DNA of 64,000 nt from Thermoleophilia bacterium (GTDB lineage: Bacteria > Actinomycetota > Thermoleophilia > Gaiellales > JAICJC01): assembly GCA_025934255.1 (NCBI GenBank), contig JAICYJ010000007.1:2290-66289 (forward strand). The letters run 5' to 3'. The position numbers and the translations under genes were made by a program. This document shows positions 25,722 to 34,443 of this stretch, one piece after another. Within the stretch, counting starts at the first letter, position 1. Each line of letters starts with the position of its first letter. Below the pieces are notes generated by a model that had not been told where the DNA came from, searched no databases, and was given only the letters and a program-made list of their open reading frames with translations.

Positions 25722-26974
25722 ACCCTTCGGTCGCGCCATCGACCATCGCCGGGATCTCCGAGCATGACACCACCCACGCGCCCGTCTCGCCGCCACTCGA
25801 AGTTGCGCTGATCGTTACCCAGCTCACGGCGGGGGCCGGCGGGGTCGCGCTGCGCGGTGCGGTCTCGCTTGACCCGGCGCGATACCGAACCACGATCTTC
25901 ACCTCGGAGGGAAGTTCGATGATCGCGCTGGCCGAGGAGTCGGGGCTGGACGTCGTCAGACTCCGGCACATGGCGGGCGGCCGCGGCGTGTACCTGGGCG
26001 GTGACACGCACGGGTTCCGGGAGCTGACGGCGCACCTTCGATCCCGCCGCTTCGACCTGGTTCACACCCACAGCGCCAAGGCCGGGACGCTCGGTCGGTT
26101 GGCCGCACGACGGATGAACGTTCCGGCCATCGTCCACACGTTTCACGGCTTCCCGTTTCATGACTTCCAGCCGGCCGTCGTGCGCCGCGGGCTGCTCGCC
26201 GCCGAACGGCGACTGGCGCGCTTCACGGACTACTTCCTGACCGCGGGAACGATGGTGGCAGCGGACGCGATCAGGCTTGGGCTGGCGCCTCCGGAGAGGA
26301 TCCGAACGATTGATGTGCCCGTGCAGGACGACATCCCCGCCGTGACGGAACCACGGCGCCGCTACGCACGAGACCTGATGGGGGTGCCGCAGGGGGCGAC
26401 CGTGATTGGCACGGCGGCCAGGATCACCGGGCAGAAGGCGCCGCTTGACATGGTGAAGGCCATCGAGCTGCTCCGCCGGCCCGACGTGTACATGGTCTGG
26501 ATCGGCGACGGGGACCTGCGTGCGAAGACGGAGCGGGCGGTGGCCCGCGCCGGATTGAAGGACCGGTTTCTGCTGCTCGGCGAGCGAATCGACGTCGCGA
26601 CGCTGCTGCCTGGACTCGACGTCTTCGTGCTGCCGAGCCTCTACGAAGGTCTTCCCTGCGCGCTTGTCGAGGCGATGACGTGTGGCATTCCGGTCGTCGC
26701 CACAGCGGTCAACTCGGTGCCCGAAATCGTGATGCCCGGCCGCACCGGGCTGCTCGCCCCACCAGGCGCCCCGCGCCAGCTGGCCCGGGCGATCGGCTTC
26801 ATGCTCGACTTCCCCGACGCCGCGTCCGAGATGGCGCACGCGGCACGGGCACGCATCGGCGACGCATTTCAACCGGACGTCCACGGCCGGGAGCTGGCCG
26901 GCGTCTACAGCCTGGCGGTGCGGTTCGGCGAGGTACGTACCGGCAAACGCGCGACCGTGGCAGCGCCGGCATGA
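25655..26974 (+). CDS. GT4-family (GT-B, group 1) glycosyltransferase
   Basis: HTHSAKAGTLGR and LPSLYEGLPCALVEAMTCGIPVVAT (E-x7-E region). The only in-frame starts (ATG 25655, GTG 25676) lie inside the upstream gene, giving a 46-67-nt overlap. Confidence 0.85.
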   Translation: MGVGAALVGCTGDREQAIRTLLNPSVAPSTIAGISEHDTTHAPVSPPLEVALIVTQLTAGAGGVALRGAVSLDPARYRTTIFTSEGSSMIALAEESGLDVVRLRHMAGGRGVYLGGDTHGFRELTAHLRSRRFDLVHTHSAKAGTLGRLAARRMNVPAIVHTFHGFPFHDFQPAVVRRGLLAAERRLARFTDYFLTAGTMVAADAIRLGLAPPERIRTIDVPVQDDIPAVTEPRRRYARDLMGVPQGATVIGTAARITGQKAPLDMVKAIELLRRPDVYMVWIGDGDLRAKTERAVARAGLKDRFLLLGERIDVATLLPGLDVFVLPSLYEGLPCALVEAMTCGIPVVATAVNSVPEIVMPGRTGLLAPPGAPRQLARAIGFMLDFPDAASEMAHAARARIGDAFQPDVHGRELAGVYSLAVRFGEVRTGKRATVAAPA

Positions 26975-27960
26975 GATCGACACTGGAAAGCGCCGGCGTG
27001 GGCATCCACATCGAGTCCGACCTCGACTGGGTGGATGAGCTGATCACCGAGGGCGCGGCCGGCCAGCTCGGGGCGAGTGCACCACCGAGCCGCGCGCCCC
27101 TGCTGCTGCGCATCGAAGCCGACGGCCGGCCGTTCTCCAGGCGCGGCTGGGAGATCGTCACCAGGGGGGTATGGCGACACGGCTCCGAGACGATCGTCGA
27201 GGATGTCTGCGCGACCGGGTTTGACCTGCACCTCGAGATTGCCGAAGGCACGGCGGCGTTCACCTACCGGTGGCTGCCGGCGGCCAGGAGCCGGGTGATG
27301 AGGGTGGCGCTGCGATCGCGCTTCCACCTGCTCGCGCGGGCTGCGCTGATCCAGTATCCAGCGCTGTGGTGGGCCGGGACGAGCGATCGCGCGCCGCTGC
27401 ACGCGTCCGGCATCGAGGGCGGCGGCTGCGCCGCGCTTGTCACTGCTGCCGGTGGCGTCGGCCGATCAACGCTGCTGCTCGACGAGGTGGACCACGGAAA
27501 CCGGGTCACCGGGGACAACCTCGGCGTCAGCGACGGGCGCCGGCTCTGGGGCCTGGTCGAGCCGGTTCGCGTCGAGCGGGGAGGAGGCCGCCGCATGCCG
27601 CACGGACGCAGCGAAATGCCCATGGCAGGTCGCGTGCCGGAGCTCGAGCCCTCCTGCGTCGTCACGCTCGAGCGGGGCGACCACGGCGGTCACTCCCAGC
27701 TGGTGCCATGCTCGCCGGAGGCTGCCGCGCGCGCCCTGGTCACCAGCACCTACATGGCCGGCGAGCTACGCCGGTACTGGGCATTCGCAGCGACGCTGGC
27801 AGCGTCGACCGGCATCGGGCCTGCGCACTCCCCGGTCGAGGAGGCGGCATCGACGCTGACGGCGAACCTGCCCTGCTGGTCACTGCGGCTGGGGCGCCCC
27901 GGTGACCGACGTCTCAGCGATCTGATCTCCGAGCAGGTGGTGAACGCGTGCATCTGGTGA
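26971..27960 (+). CDS. HprK-related P-loop (serine-kinase-like) protein
   Basis: LHASGIEGGGCAALVTAAGGVGRSTLLLDEV resembles the HPr-kinase C-domain/HprK-related kinase P-loop, with Arg in place of the Walker-A Lys. ATGA overlap with the GT4 stop. Confidence 0.6.
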   Translation: MRSTLESAGVGIHIESDLDWVDELITEGAAGQLGASAPPSRAPLLLRIEADGRPFSRRGWEIVTRGVWRHGSETIVEDVCATGFDLHLEIAEGTAAFTYRWLPAARSRVMRVALRSRFHLLARAALIQYPALWWAGTSDRAPLHASGIEGGGCAALVTAAGGVGRSTLLLDEVDHGNRVTGDNLGVSDGRRLWGLVEPVRVERGGGRRMPHGRSEMPMAGRVPELEPSCVVTLERGDHGGHSQLVPCSPEAAARALVTSTYMAGELRRYWAFAATLAASTGIGPAHSPVEEAASTLTANLPCWSLRLGRPGDRRLSDLISEQVVNACIW

Positions 27961-29396
27961 AGGACCAACGACGTGAGAGCGGTTCCGGGCCATCTGATCG
28001 GCTGAACGTGGTCGACAGTCCGGCGCTGCCCGCCGACCCCACGGCACTGGCTGCGCTCAGAGTCGGCGTTCGCGGTGTCGATCTCGCCGCCCCGGCGGTG
28101 GCGCTCCCGGACTTTCACTTCAAGGGTGACAAGGAGATGCCCTCGAGCATCGCCGTTGCCACTCGCGAGACGATTCGCCCCGTCTTTTCGAGCACGTCGC
28201 TCAACTGCGGCATGGCGCTGGTCGCGCTCGACGTCGAGCGGCCCGCAGAGGCGGAGGTGGGCGAGTTCTTCCGGCGCTTTCGCGACCGGTATCCGTTTCC
28301 CCCCACCTACCGCCGCGACCTGACCCGCGAGGAGGTGATCCGCTGCGCGGCCGAGGGGTCGGCATTCGCCGCCGAGCGGTTCCAGGTCGACTCATCCGAT
28401 GTCGACGCGGTCGAGCTGGGGGGACGCATCGACGTCGACGGTCTGGGCGGGATCGACCGGGTTCGGCGAGAGCTTCCCTGGTCAGTTCAACAGCTGTCGA
28501 GAATCAGGTTCGGCACGATCGGTCCCAGCAACCACTTCGTCGAGCTGCAGGAGGTCGCCGAGGTGATCGACCCGCATGCCGCGAAGCTGCTCGGGCTCTC
28601 GCTCGGCCAGATCACCCTGCAGTACCACGGCGGCGGAGGATCACTCCCGGGCGAGCTCGGTCTGCTGTTCGGGCGGCGTAAGCGGAAGCCGGCACGTCAG
28701 GTACGGGTGCAGATGGCGGTACAACGTCCCCTGTACCACTTCGGGAGCGCGCGCTCAGCCGGCGACATGCGACGCAGACGCAGCCTGTATTTCTCCGGGG
28801 ATGCGCCTCCGGTCGAGCGCAATACCCGCGAGGGTGAGCGGCTGGCGCTGGCAAACGCGATGGCGATGAACTACGGCTTCGCGTTTCGGCTGTCGAGCTA
28901 CGCCAGCCTCCGCTCGCTGCTCGGAACGTGCTTCGGCGCCGGCTCGCGGCTCGTGGTCGACACCGTCCACAACTCGATCTACGACGAGCGGATCAACGAC
29001 CAGCAGGCGGTGGTGCACCGGCACAATGCCTGCCGGATCTTCCCGGCGGCCACGATGCGCCACCATCCCGTGTTCGGGCAGACCGGACAGCCGCTGCTCG
29101 TGCCCGGCACCAACCGCACCTCGTCGTACCTCTGTATCCCGGGCGAGCACGCCGACCGGGCCATGTACACCGCCTGCCACGGCGCCGGCACGGTCGTCGG
29201 CGACTTCGCCCGAAGCGGGGCGTCGACGCTCGATCCGCACCGCCGCACGACGCTGCGCTTCGACTGTCGCAGCGGACGCGCCGAAACGGTGCCGCAGCTC
29301 GACGACCACGCCGTGGACGCGGTCGTGGGCGTGCTCCGAGACCATGGCATCGCACAGCCTGTCGTTCGCCTCCGACCCTTCGCCGTACAGAACTGA
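27948..29396 (+). CDS. RtcB-family (RNA 3'-phosphate ligase-type) protein, divergent
   Basis: Ordered matches to RtcB motifs: PDFHFKGD, SLNCGMAL, GTIGPSNHFVELQ, QYHGGGGS, TVHNSIYDE, VHRHNACR, VPGTNRTSSY, ACHGAGTV. Start is GTG 27948, or GTG 27957 (GTGA overlap with the upstream stop). Confidence 0.75.
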   Translation: MHLVKDQRRESGSGPSDRLNVVDSPALPADPTALAALRVGVRGVDLAAPAVALPDFHFKGDKEMPSSIAVATRETIRPVFSSTSLNCGMALVALDVERPAEAEVGEFFRRFRDRYPFPPTYRRDLTREEVIRCAAEGSAFAAERFQVDSSDVDAVELGGRIDVDGLGGIDRVRRELPWSVQQLSRIRFGTIGPSNHFVELQEVAEVIDPHAAKLLGLSLGQITLQYHGGGGSLPGELGLLFGRRKRKPARQVRVQMAVQRPLYHFGSARSAGDMRRRRSLYFSGDAPPVERNTREGERLALANAMAMNYGFAFRLSSYASLRSLLGTCFGAGSRLVVDTVHNSIYDERINDQQAVVHRHNACRIFPAATMRHHPVFGQTGQPLLVPGTNRTSSYLCIPGEHADRAMYTACHGAGTVVGDFARSGASTLDPHRRTTLRFDCRSGRAETVPQLDDHAVDAVVGVLRDHGIAQPVVRLRPFAVQN

Positions 29397-29405
29397 GGAG
29401 CCGGA

Positions 29406-29846
29406 TTGATCGCAGCGAATCGATGGCGCGGGAACAGCCACGTGGTGGCACCGACAGACGCGTTTCGGGTGCACCTGGCGCCGTTCAGACGCAACCGCCG
29501 GGACGTGGTCCGCGCGATCGCCGGACTCGCGCCCGGCTCCTCCGTCGTCGTTTCCACCTCAGCTCCATGGGCGGCCACCCGTTGCCGGCGGTTCGCGAGA
29601 CGGGCGGGGATCGATATCCACCGCGAGTATGTCGCGCTTCCAACCGCTCGGGCGCCCGCGTACCTGGTCGAGGATGCACCTGCGAGCGCTGCGGCGTTCG
29701 TGCAGTACGTGCTGGTCGTGCCGCCGCGAGCGGTCCTGTCAGGTCCGGTCGATGCAGCGCTGACGCTGATCCGCAGGCTGCACGATCCCGGCCGGGCGCT
29801 GCGCGTGCTGGCTCCTGGCCGTATCGTCGTGGGAGCACGGAGGTGA
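29406..29846 (+). CDS. hypothetical protein (146 aa), no recognisable motif
   Basis: TTG 29406 is preceded by GAGGAG (5-nt spacer). Codon usage is GC3-rich. The stop overlaps the next start (GTGA). Confidence 0.5.
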   Translation: MIAANRWRGNSHVVAPTDAFRVHLAPFRRNRRDVVRAIAGLAPGSSVVVSTSAPWAATRCRRFARRAGIDIHREYVALPTARAPAYLVEDAPASAAAFVQYVLVVPPRAVLSGPVDAALTLIRRLHDPGRALRVLAPGRIVVGARR

Positions 29847-30889
29847 CCGATCTGCTGCCGTCTGAAGGCGAGCTGGCCGCCGTCCGGGGAGCCTCGCCGA
29901 CCCTCGCCGAGTTCGTCGACACATCAGGGCTGCGGTCGATCGTGATCGGCACGTCCAAGGACCCGAACGCGAAGGTCACCGTGCTGCTGGTGTCACCGCA
30001 GGGCCGGGTCCCGGTGCTGGCGATCAAGGCCCCGACCACGGAAGCCGCCGCCCGAGCGGTCGAGTGTGAGCGGCGGATGCTGGTCGAGCTGGCAACCACG
30101 CTGCCCGAGGAGCTCGCATCCACCATCCCGCGCCCGGTCTGCGCGGTCGACTTCGAGGGCCGGTCGGGGCTCGTCACGACGGCCCTCACCGGCACGCCGA
30201 TGACACGCGGTTACCTCCGGCGCGACCGCGAGGCGGTGACCCGGCAGCATTTCGCCGCGCTGGCACGCTGGCTGGACTCACTGCAAACCGCGACAGCCGG
30301 CGACAGCACCCCGATCGAAATGGACGGGGGCGTCGCCAGTCGCATCCGACGGCGGTTCCGCGACGACCCCGCGGTGGACTCCGACCTGACGCGATTCGCC
30401 GAGATCACCGCACGGCTGCGGGAGCATTCCGTGCCGCGCACCGTCGTTCACGGTGACCTGTGGTTTGGCAACCTGCTGCTCTGCCGCGGCCGGCTCACGG
30501 GTGTTGTCGATTGGGAGGACGCCGACCTGCGCGGCGAACCGGTGCGCGACCTGATCCGCTTCGCGATCGCCTATGCGCTGTACCTCGACCGCGGCACCAG
30601 GCCCGGTCGTCGTGTCCGGGGGTTCCCCGGATTGCGGGCGTCGCGGTGGGGCGCCGGGATCGGCTTTGGGATCAACGGCAGCGGGTGGTTCCCCGAGCTG
30701 TTCCGCGGCTTCGTCCGGGACGGGCTGAGCCGGCTCGGCGCGCCACCCGAGTTGTGGCACGACGCGGTGCTCGCCGGTGTGGCCGAGGTGGCAGCCCGCG
30801 CCGACGATTCCGGATTTGCCGGTGCCCACCTCGCGCTGTTCCGGCAGCTGTCAACGGCTCAGCCTCGATCGAGGGCCGCAGCCTGGTGA
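29843..30889 (+). CDS. aminoglycoside-phosphotransferase/choline-kinase-fold (protein-kinase-like) phosphotransferase
   Basis: VVHGDLWFGNLLL (H-x-D-x4-N catalytic loop) and GVVDWEDA (D-x-E/G metal-binding motif). GTGA overlaps at both ends. Confidence 0.8.
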   Translation: MTDLLPSEGELAAVRGASPTLAEFVDTSGLRSIVIGTSKDPNAKVTVLLVSPQGRVPVLAIKAPTTEAAARAVECERRMLVELATTLPEELASTIPRPVCAVDFEGRSGLVTTALTGTPMTRGYLRRDREAVTRQHFAALARWLDSLQTATAGDSTPIEMDGGVASRIRRRFRDDPAVDSDLTRFAEITARLREHSVPRTVVHGDLWFGNLLLCRGRLTGVVDWEDADLRGEPVRDLIRFAIAYALYLDRGTRPGRRVRGFPGLRASRWGAGIGFGINGSGWFPELFRGFVRDGLSRLGAPPELWHDAVLAGVAEVAARADDSGFAGAHLALFRQLSTAQPRSRAAAW

Positions 30890-32196
30890 CGACCGAAACC
30901 CTGAACCCACCCCTGTGGGGCGCAGCTCGGGCCGTGCCCGCACCTCCGGCACCCCGGCCGGTCCCCGCCCCGACGCGGACGTTCACGCATACGAGGTTTC
31001 CTCTGGTCACCACCGCTGCGGCGATCGCGATGCTGCCGCTGACCGAGCCGCGGGGCCCGGCGAACCTGGGGCCGGCCGATGTCTTGATCGTGGTTTCGAT
31101 CTGCGCGTGGGTGTGGTCGAGCGCCGTCAGCGGACGACGACTCTGGTTCCCGTACGCGCTGGCCGCGGGTTTGATGATCGTCGGCGGCGCGCTCGGTGCG
31201 CTGGCCGGGCCGGTACCGTCGGCCGGGCTGCTCGCGCTCGCCCAGGACCTGCTGCTGCTCGTCTGGTGCTGGACCGTCGCGAACGTCGGAAGCAGGCCCG
31301 CTCACGCCCGCGTGCTGTTCCGCGCGTGGGCCGGCAGCTCGATCGTCTGGGCCGGCCTGCTGCTGGCCGGCTTGCTGGCCGGAGCTCCAGCCGTGACGGG
31401 GCAGGTGCCCAAGACCGGAGTGCGTACCACGTTGACCTTCGGCGACCCCAACGTGTGCGCGAACTACTTCGTGATTTCGATCATGATCATCTGCGCCACC
31501 GGGTACCCGCGGAACCGATTGCTGCGAGTCGCGGCGTACGTCGCGTTGGTCGCGGCAATCTTCTCGACCGGGTCGAACAGCGGGCTGGTCGCGCTGGCGG
31601 TGTGTGTGTCCATCGCGGTGATCCTCGGCGTTCGCAGGCGCGCCGGCGTCGTGCCTGCCATCGCGTGTCAGGCGGCCATCATCCTCTGCGCCGCCGCGGC
31701 GGCGGCCACCATCAGCGTTCAGTCCATCCAGCAGCGCGCATCAACCAGCAGCTACGCGTTCGTGCGTGAGGGGCTCGGGAGAGGTGAGCAGAGTGTCACC
31801 GAGCGCACGACGGTGCTCGGCGAGAGCACCCACCTGTATGAGACCGGTGGGGTGCTGGGGGCCGGGCCGGTTTCGACCAAGCCGCGGCTGATCGCATCGA
31901 TGGCGCCCTATCCGAAGGAGGCGCACGATGACTACTTCGCGTCGTTGATGGAGCGCGGCGTGATCGGAGCCCTCGGCCTGATGGTGCTGCTCGCGAGCGC
32001 GCTCCTACGCGGTGGGACGCTGCTGCGCCGCACCGTCAGCGCCGGCGTGGGCTCCGTGCTGTCGCGGCCGCACGCGGTGGTTGCGGCACTGATCGGCACG
32101 ATGATCACGATGACCGTGTTCGAGCTTCTCCACGTGCGCCACGTGTGGGCATTGTTCGCGCTGGTGGCGGCCGCGTCCCTCTGGGAACGCGAATGA
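30886..32196 (+). CDS. O-antigen ligase/polymerase-like (Wzy-type) membrane protein
   Basis: About 10-12 TM segments with a large loop, and an FSTGSNSGLVALAV block typical of the O-antigen ligase (Wzy_C-like) domain. Confidence 0.75.
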   Translation: MTTETLNPPLWGAARAVPAPPAPRPVPAPTRTFTHTRFPLVTTAAAIAMLPLTEPRGPANLGPADVLIVVSICAWVWSSAVSGRRLWFPYALAAGLMIVGGALGALAGPVPSAGLLALAQDLLLLVWCWTVANVGSRPAHARVLFRAWAGSSIVWAGLLLAGLLAGAPAVTGQVPKTGVRTTLTFGDPNVCANYFVISIMIICATGYPRNRLLRVAAYVALVAAIFSTGSNSGLVALAVCVSIAVILGVRRRAGVVPAIACQAAIILCAAAAAATISVQSIQQRASTSSYAFVREGLGRGEQSVTERTTVLGESTHLYETGGVLGAGPVSTKPRLIASMAPYPKEAHDDYFASLMERGVIGALGLMVLLASALLRGGTLLRRTVSAGVGSVLSRPHAVVAALIGTMITMTVFELLHVRHVWALFALVAAASLWERE

Positions 32197-33503
32197 AGGA
32201 GTGCATCTCCAGCGTCAGGAACCGGATCGGCGCCCTGTTCGTCAAGCTTCTGGCCAACATGGCTGCCAGGGCCGTGGCACTGGCGTGCGTCGCCCTCGCG
32301 ACCATCGTCGTGGCCCGCACGGAGGGTGCCGCCGGGGTGGGGATCTACGCGCTCTTGCGCGTCCTGCCCGGCCTGCTGGGGGTGGTCGTGTCCTGCGGCC
32401 TGCCCGGCGCGATTGCGTTCTTCCTGGCGGGGCCGTCTCGTGGTGATCGCCGACTGCCGTTGACGATCGTCGCCATGGCGGCGGTGGGCGGAGGCGGTGG
32501 CCTGGTGCTCTGGCTCGCCGCCACGCCGATGCTGAGCGACCACCTGTTCGACGGAGTGTCGATGCCGCTCGTGGCTTTGGCCGGCGTCACCGTCCTCACC
32601 CAGCTCTTCGTGGCGACGGCCAAGTCCTGCTCGCAGGGCAGCGGTGATCTGCGCGGAGCCAACATCGTGATCATCAACGAGGAGTTCATGTTCCTGCCGG
32701 TCTACGGCCTGTTCCTCGCCGCCGGCGTATCGGGAAGCGGCGTGCTGATCGTGAGCCTGCTCGGCGCCGACCTGTTGGCGATCGCCTGGGGATGGGCTCG
32801 GCTGGCCCGCAGGGGCATGTTCCGCGCGGTGGAACGCCCGTCCATCCCGCTCAGCAAGCAGATCGCCGCCTACGGGCTCCGCGCCCAGATCGGCGGCATC
32901 ATGTCGCTGCTGAACCTCCGCCTGGACTTCATCATCCTGACCGTGCTGACCGGCCCGGCCGTGCTCGGTGTCTACGCGATCGCGTCGAAGTTCGCCGAGT
33001 TGATCAAGGTGCCCGGCCTCGCCCTGACCTATGTGCTCTATCCGCAGTTCTCGAGCGACGGGAGGGAACGGGCGACGGCGGCAGCGCGCCGGCTGATCCC
33101 ACGCGCCGGCATCGCGCTGGCCGCCGGGGTGATCCCGCTTTGGCTGATGTCGGGCTGGCTGATCCCGGCCATCTACGGCACGGCCTTCACAAGCGCCGTG
33201 ACACCCGCCCGGATCATCCTGCTCGGGCTCGTGCTGGAGGGTGTGGCGGGAGTGATCTCCGCCTACCTCTACGGTGTCGGGCGACCCGGCCTCAACTCCT
33301 GCGCCATGGGCGTGGGCCTGGTGGTCTGCGTCGTGCTCGATCTGCTGCTGATCCCGCCGTTTGGATCGACCGGAGCGGCGGCCGCGTCGGCCGCCACCTA
33401 CCTCACCAGCACCTTCGCCCTGGTCGCATGCTTCGGATGGCTGCAGCGGTCGGATTCAGACATCCCCAACCCACGGGCCGTGGCGACGACCGACCCGGGC
33501 TAG
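32193..33503 (+). CDS. Wzx-type flippase (MOP/polysaccharide biosynthesis protein family)
   Basis: About 12-14 TMS. The N-terminus KLLANMAARAVALACVALATIVVARTEGAAGVGIYALL is typical of PST-family flippases. ATGA overlap at 32193-32196. Confidence 0.8.
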   Translation: MKECISSVRNRIGALFVKLLANMAARAVALACVALATIVVARTEGAAGVGIYALLRVLPGLLGVVVSCGLPGAIAFFLAGPSRGDRRLPLTIVAMAAVGGGGGLVLWLAATPMLSDHLFDGVSMPLVALAGVTVLTQLFVATAKSCSQGSGDLRGANIVIINEEFMFLPVYGLFLAAGVSGSGVLIVSLLGADLLAIAWGWARLARRGMFRAVERPSIPLSKQIAAYGLRAQIGGIMSLLNLRLDFIILTVLTGPAVLGVYAIASKFAELIKVPGLALTYVLYPQFSSDGRERATAAARRLIPRAGIALAAGVIPLWLMSGWLIPAIYGTAFTSAVTPARIILLGLVLEGVAGVISAYLYGVGRPGLNSCAMGVGLVVCVVLDLLLIPPFGSTGAAAASAATYLTSTFALVACFGWLQRSDSDIPNPRAVATTDPG

Positions 33504-33516
33504 CGGCTCTCACTCC

Positions 33517-34443
33517 ATGTCAGCACAGGGACTGTCAACCGCCCACGCTCCCGTTCTCACCCGCGGCGGCCTCCGCACGGTCGCGGCGGACTGCGTGCGT
33601 CCCACAGACCGCTCGGCACCGCGTCATGCCTTCACGGTCGATGTCGAGGACTGGTACCAGTCGTGCGTCGACTTCGATGCGCCCATCAACGATCGCGTGG
33701 TCAGGAACGTGGATCGGATCCTCGACATGCTGAGCGGCACGAACGTGCGGGGCACCTTCTTCGTCCAGGGCATGGTCGCCGAAGCGCTTCCCCGCATGGT
33801 CGAGGCGTTGGTACGCGAAGGCCACGAAGTCCAGTCTCACGGCTACAGCCACCGGCCGTTGAATCGGATGAACCAGGCCGCGCTCAGAGACGAGGTGGAA
33901 CGGGCCAAGAAGACGGTCGAGGACGCGGCCGGGACGAGTGTCACCGCGTTTCGCGCGCAGGATTTCTCGGTCCTGGGGTCCAACCTCTGGGCGCTGGAGA
34001 CAATCGCCGGCGTCGGGTTCGAGATCGACTCGTCGATCTTTCCCATGCAGTCGGCTCGCTACGGCATCGGCGGCTGGACGCTGGCCCCGCACCACGTCAT
34101 CCTCAGCGGAGGGATGCGACTGCTCGAGGTGCCGGTCGCCGTCTGGGCGCGCGGCTCGCTGCGCGTGCCCGTGGCGGGAGGTGGATACTTCCGCGTCCTG
34201 CCGGAGGCGGTGCTCGAGCGCGCGATCCGCTCGGTCGACACCGCCGGGCGGCCGGCGGTCATCTACTGCCACCCGTACGAGTTCGCTCCGGACGAGCTGG
34301 CGGGATATCCCAACCTGCCGTGGAAGCTTCGGGTCTCCCAGGGGCTCGGCCGATCCCGGTTCGAGGCGCGAATGACCAAGCTCCTGCGCAACGTGCCGTT
34401 CGGCCCGCTCCGGGACGTCCTGGACGCGTGGAGCGTGCGGTGA
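33517..34443 (+). CDS. polysaccharide deacetylase (NodB-like, DUF3473-containing type)
   Basis: HAFTVDVEDWYQ, GTFFVQG, EVQSHGYSH, AFRAQDFS and GGGYFRVLP resemble the deacetylases found in exopolysaccharide loci. Confidence 0.85.
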   Translation: MSAQGLSTAHAPVLTRGGLRTVAADCVRPTDRSAPRHAFTVDVEDWYQSCVDFDAPINDRVVRNVDRILDMLSGTNVRGTFFVQGMVAEALPRMVEALVREGHEVQSHGYSHRPLNRMNQAALRDEVERAKKTVEDAAGTSVTAFRAQDFSVLGSNLWALETIAGVGFEIDSSIFPMQSARYGIGGWTLAPHHVILSGGMRLLEVPVAVWARGSLRVPVAGGGYFRVLPEAVLERAIRSVDTAGRPAVIYCHPYEFAPDELAGYPNLPWKLRVSQGLGRSRFEARMTKLLRNVPFGPLRDVLDAWSVR

